Below are positions 24,931-37,939 of a DNA stretch of 64,000 nt, piece after piece. The notes under the pieces were generated by a model. The model searched no databases, was not told the origin of the DNA, and saw nothing but the letters and a program-made list of their open reading frames with translations. Made by a program: the position numbers and the translations under genes. Within the stretch, counting starts at the first letter, position 1; the number at the start of each line of letters is the position of its first letter. Origin of the DNA: Callorhinchus milii (lineage: Eukaryota); NCBI RefSeq assembly GCF_018977255.1, contig NW_024704742.1, positions 124,001-188,000 on the forward strand, in the 5' to 3' direction.

Positions 24931-25594
24931 TTGATAGTCTAGCAAGCATGGTTGGCGTCAGTAGGCGCTTAAGGCAATGCAGATAAGAGCAATGAGGATG
25001 TTCCACAGTATTATAGAATGAGCAAAGATTACACAAGCTGGAGCTCTTCTGCCTTGAAAAGACACAACAGTGGGGACATTATAGATGTATGTAAGATAAA
25101 AAAAACAATAGTTCCCTTAGCCAGAGTTTTTATCCGCAGCAAATAGAATCTGGCCTCTTGTTTAGTGTGTGTCCAAAGGGCTGACAATGATCCTCATAAC
25201 AGATTTATAGCACATTGCATTTTAGTAGACACACAAGAAATACACTTAATCTCTTGTGTTTCACAACTTTTAAGTCTCGGTAGTCCGGTTGCAGACATCA
25301 TCTCTCTGCATTAAATCAACTCCTATCTCAACTGTCACTAGAGCATGCAATGAGAAGCCAATTCACTGACAGTAAATCAATATGAGTTATCTCATGTTTG
25401 CTGGCCTTTGTAATGTAAAAGAGTGATAATACTCTTACAACAGATTTTGCTTTGATGAAAATTATCTACAACATGTACGCACATGACTTGAATGTATGCC
25501 ATTTCGACAATTTCAATGCTCTACTAAGATGTTCAAACATTTTTATGGTCAGTTGAATGTCTTACATGTGGGGATACCTATTACTATACATAAT

Positions 25595-26220
25595 AGGATC
25601 CTAATCAGACTGAGAGTTACATGCATCCCACCTACACATCGAAACCTCCCCGTGCATTGGAATGAAATACGCACTCACTTCCTGGAGGGATGCTTCATGC
25701 TTACCTAATTTTGAGAATATTAGGTGCAGGTTGGCAACAACCAAGGTTTGCAAACACAGAATATGCATTGGGGTACTGCTGGGGTTTAGCCAGCTAAAAC
25801 CACATAGCTTGCCATTGAACATACTGTCTGGCAATTTTTCCCATTGCTTGTCCAGTTAGGACCATCTGACCTATTTGGGCTTTGGCTGCAGGGTTAACAG
25901 GAGCTGAGTGGGATGACTCCCTCCTATCAGTGACTGGTCTGTCTTTCCAAGTCCTGCCAATGAGTCAGGCTGGCTGTGCTGTCATCACAGTGCCGCCCTG
26001 GAATAGTGTGGACATACTTGGCTCAGAACCAGACTATCAAGACCACCACAGAGGGCTGGCTTGATTCTGATATTCTATTGCCAGGCATGTCACCTTAGAA
26101 CTAGTTCAGCTCCTAGGAGTCCCTGCTTACCTCCCTCCCAAGGAAGATAGTCACTAGTTTGGTCGTTTGACATCCAACTAGCACGGGTTTGAGCTCTCGC
26201 TAGATGAATTGTAGGTATCA
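25595..26220 (-). repeat. Unclassified ~600-bp dispersed repeat, copy 2 (inverted)
   Basis: Shares CAATGGCAAGCTATGTGGTTTTAGCTGG and TCCCACTCAGCTCCTGTTAACCCTGCA with copy 1 in the opposite orientation. Confidence 0.8.
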
Positions 26221-28379
26221 GGATCTCCCTGCGAGCTTCCTCATGGGCAACACAGCTCAGCATGAAATGCTTAATCCATTGCCACCATCCTCCTACCCAC
26301 AGCTCAGACACACGTTCCTCTCCATTGAGCAATGGTTGCATCAGTTGGAGGTGTGGAGCTTGAGCAGCAGCTGCTTATCTCTCTGCAAGCGAATCAAGGT
26401 TGATTCAAAGCCCTGAATATATGATTGTGCATTTACAAACTCAAACTCCAAGTATCATCATCCAGCAGCTCAGATTCCTCATCAGCTATCTGACAGACAT
26501 CTGCCCGTCAAGGTTTAAGCTTCACCTTTTTACGTCCATGTCGTAATATTCTTTTTTAGGAAGCTAAGGAGATGGTAAGGAGAGTATTGAAGAAGTCCAA
26601 ACTCAAGACAATGAAACCATGAATGAGAATTTCAACATGGAATGAGGTAAAGCAATGATCCAAAGTTGGTCTTAGCAATGGATGGGGAACTTGAAGCACA
26701 ACTGGGGTTTAAGGAAGATGCCAAGATTGTGCACTGGTTGATTTTAAACCAACATGAGCAGTCAGGGAAGTTGGTGCTGGGATTAACCGAACAAGATGTT
26801 TTGTTAACAGTTTGGTTTATATTTAGCTGACCAAAATGAAGACTCATCCAAAATTTAATAGCAGTTGATCAGAATAGCAAAGCTACTGGAATGAAGGGTA
26901 GAAACGGAATGTTGAACACTTCTATATATATTTCAGATCTCTTCTTATCTTTTCACACAGAGACTTGTTCGGATGTGAGAATACCAAGAAAGGTGGCAGA
27001 ATCTGGCAGACTCAATTGTGGGTATCATGAGGGAACTAGACAGGTTTCAGGTATATGCAAAAATACAGGCTTGAAGCAGTATGGGGGAAGTGGGAATGAA
27101 AGTACAGCTTATTCTGAGAGCCAGAACAGATTCGATGGACCGAATGGCCTCTTTCTACACTGTAAATGTCTTTGATTCTATCTCAGGGGAGTGGGATGAA
27201 ACAGAGAGCCCTCACACAGAGCCAGCACAGACACTATGAGCTGAATGGCCTTTCCTGATAATTTCTATGGCCCTATGATTCTAGATCTACGTTTTGATTC
27301 ATTTGAGGATTAGAAAAACACTTATGAAGTTATTTGCTTTATTTGCTCCTTTCATCCCGAGCTGCCCAGTTCATACATACCACCCAGTCTCTATGTTTAG
27401 AGATCAATCTAAATGGCAGGCTTGTGAATTTTAACCATAGAACAATGTTACATTAAACTCACAGTTAATTCACATCTAAACATCTGCCACCATGTTATTC
27501 TTGCATTTCCTGTTGTCTGTTAGTAAAATAGTGATGGGGCTTTCCCAGCATTTGCCTAAATAAAAATAACTAAATGACTGAAGAAACTACTGCAAAATCT
27601 AAGTCGGGTTAATCCAATTAACACTCCTTTTGTGGCTACAACAATCATCAGGATCATAAGCAATTGGTTCTATTCCCTAAAACTTCCAAATGGCATCACA
27701 GGTGGGTGTGAGCAGAATGAACAACAGGATCCAACGTGAGTCCATCTCTCCTTGGATTTGTAATGCCAGTGCACTGACACAGTTTACTAACAAATGACTT
27801 GTTTCCTCAAAATGACTCTGCAGATCAAACTGAAACGAGCACGTGTTATTTTTAGGCAAGTTTCATTTAGCTGTGAAATGCAATACATTTTCATGGGAAA
27901 GTAATACTAGCTGTTACTTAAAGCAGTTATATAAGTGGCAGACATCTCATACTCGCTAGTTCTTGCCTGATAAATGTATTAAGAACATAAGAAATGGGAG
28001 CAGGAATAGGCCATTCAGCCCATCGAGCCGGTGCCCCGCCATTTAATAAGATCATGGCTGATCTTCTAACCTAATACCATTTACCTGCCCTATCCCCATA
28101 TCCCTTAATCTCTTTAGTTTTTAAAAATCTATTGATCTCTGTCTTGAATATGTTCAATGACTGACTGAGCATCCACAGCCTCTGGGGTAGAGAATTCCAT
28201 ATATTCACTACTCTCTGGTGCAACAGCAAATCTTTTCACACTACATTTTGAGTACTGCACAGACTTACAATTCAGTCGCAACTACACATAAACACATTGG
28301 ATTAAGACACTTAATATTTTATATTTTGAAATAAATCTGCAATTCTATTTGTAATGGCGAATGCCATGGTAGAGAATTA

Positions 28380-29360
28380 AATAAATCTAATGGATAGCAT
28401 TATACTGGATATCTCACAGAGGATTAGTTCATATGTAGAAGGCCGTTCGGTCTATCTGATCTCAGCCTTCCAGAACATCCACCTTTACAGTATATCCTGT
28501 GAGACGAAGGTAGTAGACTGCAAAGATGAACAGGATAGGTTACAGGATAATTTGGGGAATTGGGCAGATCGATGAGAGATGAAATTTAATGTAGAGAAAT
28601 GCAAAGTGCATGGAAGAAGGATGGGACTATTATCTAAATGGTAAGAAAATAATCTGTTCAGAAAACAAAAAGGATCCGGTGATCCTGATTACCAATAATT
28701 GAAGCTATCACAACAGCCCTCGGGAGCAGTGAGTCAGGCAAACTAGATGCTGGGCTGTAGTAAAAGGGCAATAATGAGCCGAAATAGTGAGGTAATGCTG
28801 CTACTTTATAAATCACTTATGCGACCGCACTTGGAATACTGTGTGCAGTTCTGGTTACCACAATATAAAAAGGATGTTCCAGCAGATACAGAGGAGGGCA
28901 ACTAACATGATTGAGGGGTTGGAGGGACTGGACCTCGAGGAACAATTAGATAAACTGGGCAGGTTCACACGGGAGAAAAGAAGGTTGAGGGGCGAAATGA
29001 TTACAGTCGTTAAGATTCTGAAGGGACTAGATCATGTAGACCACGATAAGCTGTGTTACGTTATCCTGAACAGTAAAACCAGAGGACACGGCCTGCGATT
29101 GAAAGGGGTAAATTCAGAACAAATCTGTGGGAACACTACTTCAGTAGAGAGTAGTAAACCTATGAAGCAGACTCCCTGAGGAGACAGTGGAAGCAGAAAA
29201 TGTTGTTTGTTTCAAGAACGAATGAGATAGATTTCTGCTAGAAAATAATATCTCGGGATACAGTAGATAGTTTGCGACATGACATGTCAAGCGACTGCCA
29301 AGATGGTGGAAGGTGAACTAGATGGATCTTGGTATTCTTTTGTCAGCAAATTCTATGTTC
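28380..29360 (+). mobile_element. CR1 LINE 3' fragment
   Basis: LYKSLMRPHLEYCVQFW, IQRRATNMIEGL, KRRLRGEMI and TRGH motifs. Confidence 0.9.
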
Positions 29361-31169
29361 TTATTTTCTTACACTGTGCTTTGAAACGTCTCATTGACAT
29401 GATTAGGCGCTATATCTAATGCAAGGATTATTATTATCATTCTAAGGTCCTCTCTGAGGAGTCATCTCTCAAGACTGAAGAGCCCTAACTTGTCTAATCA
29501 TTCTTCTTAGCTCATTCTTCTGGGGATCATCCTTGTTGCTCTCCACTGAACTGCATCTAGGGCCTGGGTAGCCATTTATGTCACAGCAACCAGAACTGTA
29601 TGAGATATTTTTGCCACAAAATATACAGTCAATTCACTTTACAGTATATTCTGTGAAGCGTTTGAGACGTTTCAATGAAGTAATAAGGCACTGTATCAAA
29701 TGCAAGCATTATTATTATTACTCGGGGAGTAGCCTGACTAGAGCATTACANTTTTTTAAGACTTAAATTATACACAAACCTTTCAGCATCTTGAAAGCCT
29801 CCAGTAATGCTCTAGTCAGGCTACTAAGACTTGGTTTGGCTCTTGTGGGCTCATACCCCATATAACTGAGAAGCTTTTATGACACTAGACTAGAGCGATT
29901 TACAATCCCACAATTCTTACAGCACAGAAAGAGGCCATACAGGTCATTGGATCTGTCCTGCTGCTACCTCCACCCCGAGCCCCACCTACTCCCATTGGAA
30001 ATATCTACTCGCATCTCACCCTGGATTTTCTTTGATCCCCTCTATTATTTTAGTTTAAGTAATTATCCAAATCCATTTTAGAGGCTGTTGAGGACTTGGC
30101 TTCAAAAGCCATTTGTGGTGAGACTTCCACATTCTAAAAGCCCTCTGTGTAAAAACAAATTATTCTAAAGTTCCCCTTTGTTCATGTGATGACTGGACTT
30201 ATTAAAACCAACTTGATGCTTGACTGGGGTAACAGTAAGGTAGAAGGACAAGATCAAATGGGCTGAAAAGCAGCATTACATTCCAGTACCCTGGAGAGGA
30301 GCAGTAGGTTGGAGATGCAGGGGAATAACAGAAAATAAACCTGGAGATCTTGGACTAGATAACTTAATGTGTACAGTAGAGGAAGTGCTTGAGGTCAGTC
30401 CACAGGCTGGGATCAATGCTCATTTAAAGGGCACAAAGAGCAAAAGTAGCCAAAGTAGATATAGAAGCAATTGGTTTATGCCAATGCTAATTGGTGAATT
30501 GGCAAGGCTTCTAAAGAAAAGAGGTTCTGCTGCCTCCCAGTGGAGAGTGTAAGAAGGTAACAAGAGACATGCCATTGGCAGCAGGGTAATTGAGGGCTGG
30601 AGGCTGTTGCTCCTGACCCTTTGTATGCTTTGCGGTATTTGAGCTACAAAGACAGCAATGCGTGTTTGTAAGTCCTCAGAAAAGCTTGACTGGGAATTGG
30701 TAGGGCAGACTGAATATAATCATTACATTGCAGGTAAACCACAAATAAGGATAACCTTACCTTTAACATGATTTCATGACACTGCTATCATCTTCATGAG
30801 CAGACACAGCGTGGCTTTGTCTGTTTTCCTCTTTCCTGCTCCTCAGCTATAAGATCCTACAGGGGTGTGTCTTACATGATCTGTAGGGCACATCTTTCCC
30901 TCACAATAATTCAAAACTTCTTATTATTCATACCCAAGGAACAATTATATGAATGACAGATATTTGAGACAAATTGTCTTGCTCTGCTGGGTATAGAACC
31001 TGTTGGCACAATTTTAATTACCTGTACTGTACTTTGATTCCCGTCCTGTGTGATGTATCCCATTGTTGTTTAACAAAAACAATTAAATAATAATAATCTT
31101 CACATTTGATACAGCACTTTATCACATCGTTGAGATATCCCAAAGCCCTTCACAAACTATACTATAAAT

Positions 31170-31515
31170 ATAATAATCCTTGCATTTGATATAGTGCTTT
31201 TCACGTCTTCTCGACGTCTCAAAGCGCTTCACAGAATAGACTGTAAATTGAATTGACCGTATATTTGTGGGCATAACGCCAATTGTGCATAGCAGTGTCC
31301 CACAAATATTTGTGGATTGAGTGTTGTTTTTGAATTATTACATCCAGAAAGCGATCCACTAATTGATTAACAATCCGGTTCCTACTTATTGCTAGGTAAA
31401 CAGAGCAGGGTTGGAGTAAGGAAGCTTGCCTAAGGTTTTGACCTGCCTGGGAATCGAACCCGGGTTCTCTCACTTTCGAGGTGAGCGCTATAACCACTGA
31501 GCAGCAGGATTCCAG
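31170..31515 (-). mobile_element. tRNA-derived SINE just upstream of chemokine B
   Basis: Full-length reverse copy. Confidence 0.85.
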
Positions 31516-31873
31516 GCTTAACTAACTCTGCCCAATTATCGACTTCAACTTGGTAAGCAAAACTTTTTTTTTTTAAGACATATCAAGACATATCCAGGAG
31601 CTAATTCTTAGATGCCTCCTTTTTCTCTCAGATGGTCAAAACTCTAAGAGAGGCGAACTAGCATCTGGTTTCTATACTGACGCGACTTCCTAATATGGAC
31701 CAGAAACCATCTCTTGTAGTTATTTAAGGAAACAAGCTCACAAAACAGGCAAAAAAAGTTGTTCAGTTTCATACGGTTGATAGGTACAGAATCAAGCTAA
31801 CAGTTTAGGTACGGAACAAAACCGGCAGTGAGAAGACAAAGAGTGGTCTTGTGATTGACTGTTTTTTCTGGCA

Positions 31874-31937
31874 ATGATGAGTCACTGTCTACTGGGAGCC
31901 CTTGTTGCAGTTCTGCTTTATGCAACTTTTGTGACAG
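31874..31937 (+). CDS. Chemokine B exon 1 (signal peptide)
   Basis: [22 protein letters not shown]|gtaatt; 64 nt, phase 1. TATTTAAG at 31721. Confidence 0.85.
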
Positions 31938-34900
31938 GTAATTGTTCTATTATTATTTTATATAGTGTTTTATTCTGAGTATGCCTTTAATTTACTGACT
32001 AGCCAGGCTAGTGTCTTTGCACAATTATTGTTTAAACGCTACCCTGCATTAGGGGGGCTGTGTAAATACAAATTGTTGTTGTTGACCCACTGGTATCAGT
32101 CAATGTATTGCACCTATGGTTTTTTGATTTGTACATTTGCAATGCATTGATGGAATGAGATTCAGCATGAATGGAGTCTTCAAAGTATGTTTGTGAACAC
32201 TAATGTTGTATATCAAACATAGTATTCCAATCGCTATAACATGGAACAAACTCATAAAGGAAACAGCCTTCATAGATTTAACTCGATTAATTTTTTTGTT
32301 CAGATATCCAGATAGAGCTTTCAAACACCTGTTTCACTTTATCATTAGAAAGCTGGATATTTTGTTAAGAACAGGATTCAAAGTGCAGGTAGAAGTGATT
32401 AAACATTGCATGAAAGACGATTGCTCCCATGTTTTCAGCTCAAATAAAAGGCACGTCATTGATAGAGTGTTTAGTACCGGAGAAAGCTGCTTTGAGACAT
32501 CCTCCTGATTTGAAAGGCACTATACGAATGTAAAATATTTGAAATTTTTGTTGCAGTTTCACATGATTATGTACAAGGGCAAAATATGTATCAGCCTGAC
32601 TCAGGTTAACAGCACTCCTGCTTTTGCGTCAGAGATCGAAGTTCAAGCCCCACTTTGGGACATTGAGCTCACAGTCTTGGCTGATACTCCAATGCATTAT
32701 TGGGGATGTGCTGCATTGTTAGAGGGCTGTCCTTTTGATGAGGGGTTAAACTAACGCCCAACCAGGCTGAAACACCTTGCTGCATTCTCCCCCCATCCCC
32801 AACCACCCCCACGGTGACTAGTTTCCAGAATAGTGTCTGTTTTATCTAAGAATAGAGCCATATTATTAGCTTATCAAATGCAAGGATTATTATTATATAT
32901 CATGGAAATTACAGTACAGAAAGCCATTCAACTCATTGAGCCTATGCTGACACCACTGCAGCAATGTACATTAATACCAACTCCCTGCTCTTTCCAAANT
33001 TTTTTTTACATTGTACATTTTATTCTTTCAATACATATCAGTGTCATTGAGTGTCATTACGGTCTTAGGTTCAACAGTCAGTCTTGGCAAACAATTCCAT
33101 GTTTTAATAATCCTCTGCGTGAAGTTTCTTCTAACCTCCACTCTAAGGGGTACAAGTCCCCCAGGAATTCAGGTGGACATTAAAGATCCCAATACTGCTG
33201 CATAAAAAGAGAAGAGAGTTTTGCTTGGCTTCCTACCCCAATTAAAATGTGTTATTACGTTCATGGCTGTTGTGGGATAATCCTGTGTGCAAATTAGTTG
33301 CAAATTCGCTCAACAACAACAATTTACATTTATGTAGCGGCATTCACACAGGGTAGTTTCGGAGTGCCTACAAAATACAGATCTTTACAGCAAAATCCTT
33401 CACTATAAAAGTGCTTTGAGACATTCTCCTAACGTGAAAGACATGGTCCCCAAATGCAAGAATTATTATTATTATTTATATCAGTACATCCAAGTACATA
33501 TTTCTCAGAAAGGAAACTACTGAGAAATAAATACATATTGAAACCAACCGCCTTCCTCCTATTTGCTATTTGATAATAAGAGTGCTCAGATTTAATCACT
33601 TTTGTCTGTCTTCACAGCCTCTTCGCCAACGACAACAGTTCTGATTGATTCAAAATGTAAATGTTTAAAAGTGACATCCAGAGAAGTAAACCACCATGGC
33701 GTGAAGGAGCTTGCGAGAGATATAGAGATTGTGTGAGTAGATACTATGTTGTATACTTTCTGGGCAATCTTCAAGCCTGGATTGCAGTGATGTGCTATAG
33801 TTAGCATGTACAGTTATATACAGTGCTCCTTTCTGGCACATTAGCATTGCACAAATTGTATTGTATCCTCATTTCAATAAAGACTTTCACAAACTGAGGT
33901 CATCGGGTTTTAAGGGCAAGACATGGAATCAGCATTGGCTGAAGGGAAGAAAGCAGAAGTTCTATGTTAGGGGAGCTCGGTCAAAACGTGGGGAGGTATT
34001 AAGTGGGATGCCTCAGGGGTCGGCATGGGACCCCTCCTGTTCCTCATATATATTAATAACCTGGATTCACAGACCCAGTGATAGGATAAGGTAGTTGAAT
34101 TTGACAATGACAAAATGTTAGGCAAACTATGGAATCAGCAAAGGTCCTACAAAGAGCTGGATAGGGTATGCACATGAGCTGATAACTGGCAAATGAAGTT
34201 TAAAACAGATAAATGTCAGGTGCTATTCCTAGGAGTTAGTTCCATGGATGGGATAGAACTTATCAAGGGAAAAGCTAAGTGTTTTAGTTGACTCATCGCT
34301 CATTATGTCAAAACAAGCTGAGGCAGCAATGAACAAGGCAAACAGGACCCTGGGCTATATTGCCAAATCTGTTGAGTTCAGATCCCCATAGATCATACTC
34401 AGGCTGTAAAGTGCTCTGGTGAGGCTGCACTAGAGAATTGCGCACAGTTCTGGGTGATGCAATAAGGGAACATAAGGGAACTGCCCAGTATAAGAAGAAT
34501 GTGCTCAGAGCAATGATTCGACAAGTTAGGGCTCTTCAGGTGTTAGCACACTTAAACCAAGATCCTGTCTGCTTGCGCAGATGCACGTTAAAGATCCCAT
34601 GACACTATTCAAAAAGAGAGGGGAATTTCTCTGGTGCTTTGGCCAACAATCCCCCAGATGAAATTAGTCATTCATTTCATATTGTTTTGTGCAAAATCAT
34701 TGCGCACAAATTGCCTGCCACATTCGTCTCCAAAATACACAATCAATGTACATTACAGTAAAATCCTTTGATGTGCTTTGAGACATCCTTCGAATGTGAA
34801 AGGAGCTGTTTAACTGCAAGGATTATTTATCTGCCTCAGGGACATAGTTCTAATGTAATCTGTAGCAACAAAAATACAATGTCACCCAAAGGTTTTTAAG

Positions 34901-36997
34901 TAGATTCCGTTGAAGTCATCAATACAGTCGATTCTGACAATGAGGGGAAAATAATTTTAATTATAGATTTCATCTGAGGTGAAGCACATTTAAAGATTGT
35001 GATAAAAATATCACTTTAGTTTGGTTTATGTAGAGATGATATGAAATTACTAAAAAATTTAAATATATTTTATTAAATAATAATTAAATATTAAATGTTT
35101 TGAATTTAAATTTTACTTTAGTCAATTGTTCTGCTTTGGGACAGTAACACAATTAAAATAATAATGTATGAGGGTTTAGCTAGATGTGCTGAATTAAATT
35201 TCATTCTCACATCCACATCTTCTTGTGTTTGACGGTTTATCCCATCCTTTAGATGAGACGTTAAACCGAGACCCTGACTGTCTCTTCATTTGGACGTTAA
35301 AGATTCCACGACACTATTCGAAAAGAGACCGGAGTTTCTCTCAGTGTCCTAGCTGACAATCCCGCAAAAAAAATTGGTCATTCACATCATAATTGTTTGT
35401 GGGCAATTGTTATAATAAAAAAACTTTGCATTTGATATAGTGCTTTTCACGTCTTCTAGATCTGACAAAGCGCTTCACAGAATATACTGTAAAGTGAATT
35501 GATTGTATATTTGTGGGCGAAACACGGCAGCCAAATTGCGCACAGCAGTGTCCCACAAACAGTCGTGGATTACATTACAGTATATCCCATGAAGGGCTTT
35601 GGCATATTCTTCTGACATGAAAGGCACTATTTTAAATTTAAGGATAATTATTATTTTATTATTACTATTTATATATTCAGATACTGCCAGATCATCTTAA
35701 CATTTCAATCGACTTACATTCTGGGTTGGTTGAGGATGGAAATTACTTGTTATAACATCAGAACAGAGGGAGAGGTACTGGGAGTGGGTGTTTAGCAGTT
35801 TTGAGTTGCTAGATATGAGCATGCACACTAATTTCTTGGGAAAACTGTTGGTGGAGATAAAGCAAACTTTCAATAGCCTATTTTTTTTTGGCTTTCCGCT
35901 CAGCACAGTGTGTGAGATGACCTGCATGCATCAACTTCCCAAGTCTCTGGCTATTTTGCTGGGACAATTTTATAAATAACCTTATGTACTATTTTCTTTT
36001 AAAAAAGACATGAAAACATAAACCTCATCGAAGCTGGCTTTGATCAGACTAGAGTGGCGGAGGGCCAAAACGGTGTAATCAAAAAAGGGACAGCAAATGA
36101 CAAATTTTGTATCGGATACACGGCACGGAAACAGGCCATTTGGGCCAACTAGACTGTGTCTGTCATGCTGCGGTCCACTTTACGAATTGAATGATAAAAA
36201 AAATAATTTGGTCACTCAATCTACGACTGGTTGTGGGACGCTGCTGTGCGCAATTGGCTGCCGTGTTTCTCCCACAAAATATAGAGTCAATCCACTTTCC
36301 AGTATATTCTGTGAAGCGCTTTGAGACGTCTCGAAGGCAGGAAAGAAAAGGATTTTGTGCCNAAAAAAATCTGTGTTTTTTTAAAGAGCTTATTTCTAAA
36401 ACCATCTTTGAATTATGGGTAAACCTTTTGTTTATTTTCTCTCATGTTTTGTACTTAATCTTTTACATTCTGTGCAGTTATTTGGTATTCTTTTAGAGAT
36501 TCCTTAATTAAACTACTGAATTATAATTGAAAAACATTCAATTGGCAACATTATTATAATTTCGCCTCCTAAGGAGATTGTATATCGAAATCCAGGCTTC
36601 CAATTGTCCATTGGTAGCTAGTCTGAGCTTGTTGTCTGCACCCGTGGTTAGTTAGTGCACTCCCCACACTCGCTGGAGGGGAATGACTTGATGTAACAGG
36701 TTACAGAAACATTCGAGAAGCCTAGACCGTGACAACTACATAAAATCATGATACTTACTTACGATGACTAATTTCCTCCTGTTGCAGAGTTCCAATGAGA
36801 AGCAGGGAGAAGATTACTGATCCACACTCTGGCCCTCGGACCAAGTTTGTCTACCAAATTTCAGATTTGTAAGTCTTCTCATTCTTCAAATGTGTAAACA
36901 CCGAAGACGGCTGATCACTTGACACCTCTTCCTCAAGTATCCATATTTGTATTTATTTCTATACAGGCTCCGTGATAAACAGAACGCATCTCTTTGA
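31874..36997 (+). CDS. Atypical CXC-chemokine-like protein (gene B), 4 exons, 96 aa, lacking Cys3 and Cys4
   Basis: Exons 31874-31937, 33618-33732, 36788-36868, 36967-36997, all GT-AG, phases 1/2/2, with no stops. Translation: [102 protein letters not shown] at 37934. Confidence 0.75.
33618..33732 (+). CDS. Chemokine B exon 2 (CKC motif, Cys3 segment missing)
   Basis: gtcttcacag|[41 protein letters not shown]|gtgagt; 115 nt. Confidence 0.85.
33920..34540 (+). mobile_element. CR1 LINE fragment in chemokine B intron 2
   Basis: [16 protein letters not shown] and [10 protein letters not shown] motifs; degraded. Confidence 0.8.
36788..36868 (+). CDS. Chemokine B exon 3 (Cys4 missing)
   Basis: gactaatttcctcctgttgcag|[29 protein letters not shown]|gtaagt. 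81 nt, the same length and phases as exon 3 of gene A and of the pseudogene. Confidence 0.75.
36967..36997 (+). CDS. Chemokine B exon 4 coding part
   Basis: atttatttctatacag|[13 protein letters not shown] after a 98-nt intron. Confidence 0.65.
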
Positions 36998-37933
36998 TTA
37001 TCCACTCGTAGATATCTTAATTCATCCTAATCTTTTAAGTGGGTCAGATTATTAGCTGTGGAGTGTCTGTGGTTGTGGTTTCCCCGGCAGACCTCTGATG
37101 AACACACAGTGATGCAGTGCTGTGTGAGGGAGAGCTGCATTGCCGGAGGTGGTATCTTTTGCATAAAACATTAAACCAATGTTAAATTTGACTATTCTAG
37201 GTGGGCATTAAGAATACCATGACACAGTTTGAAAGAAAAAGGAAGAGTTATTTTTGTTCGGCCGGGTGTCTGACACATGTGGAAACCTATTATACTCTGA
37301 TTAAGAGTATCCAAATCAGACTGAGTATTCTACATATGTATGCTACGCACACATGGAAATTCATTTAAACCGATCTTGTAATCTTATGATTTGATCCGAT
37401 GCTCTTTTTTCCCCTCAAGTACCATTTTTTAAAGGACTAGAAATGGTTTGTGTTTAGCCAATATTATAATAGCACAAGGGGCTATTGTTGGACACCTCAA
37501 AGATTAGCAGTAGTCGGGCTTTGAGACATCTCGATGATGTGACAGGTCATTCTATCAAATGCAAGGATTACTATTCCACTGTATATTGCCCTGGTCAGTC
37601 GTACCCTGTACAAAGGATTAATGTGTGCCTAATGCCAGTTATGTCATGTAATTCATTGCAGCCTCGAAAATTGTGTCGGAGGGCCAAAAACATTGAAAGA
37701 GGGAGATGACGCAAATGAACCGATGTGCAATCCTGCACCTCCACCTGCTGACACCTGTTATGGCTATGACAGCAACATACATATAAACATGAGTCCTCCA
37801 ACAGTGAGACCACGATCTGTTCGGCATGACTTTATGTCAGATGCACCATAGATTGCTTCTGTGACCATGTCATGCAGCTGCAACTGTGTTTATTTTCTTT
37901 TGCTTACTTTTAGTAGACCATTTCTGTTATTTC

Positions 37934-37939
37934 AATAAA
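37934..37939 (+). other. Putative polyadenylation signal of chemokine B
   Basis: AATAAA in a T-rich context about 940 nt after the stop codon. Confidence 0.45.

Noticed and set aside
35681..35775. Alternative Cys-containing exon 3 for chemokine B (YCQIILTFQ...)
   Set aside because: No similarity to chemokine exon 3, and the acceptor derives from a SINE AT-rich tail. The 81-nt exon at 36788 fits on length, phase and residues.
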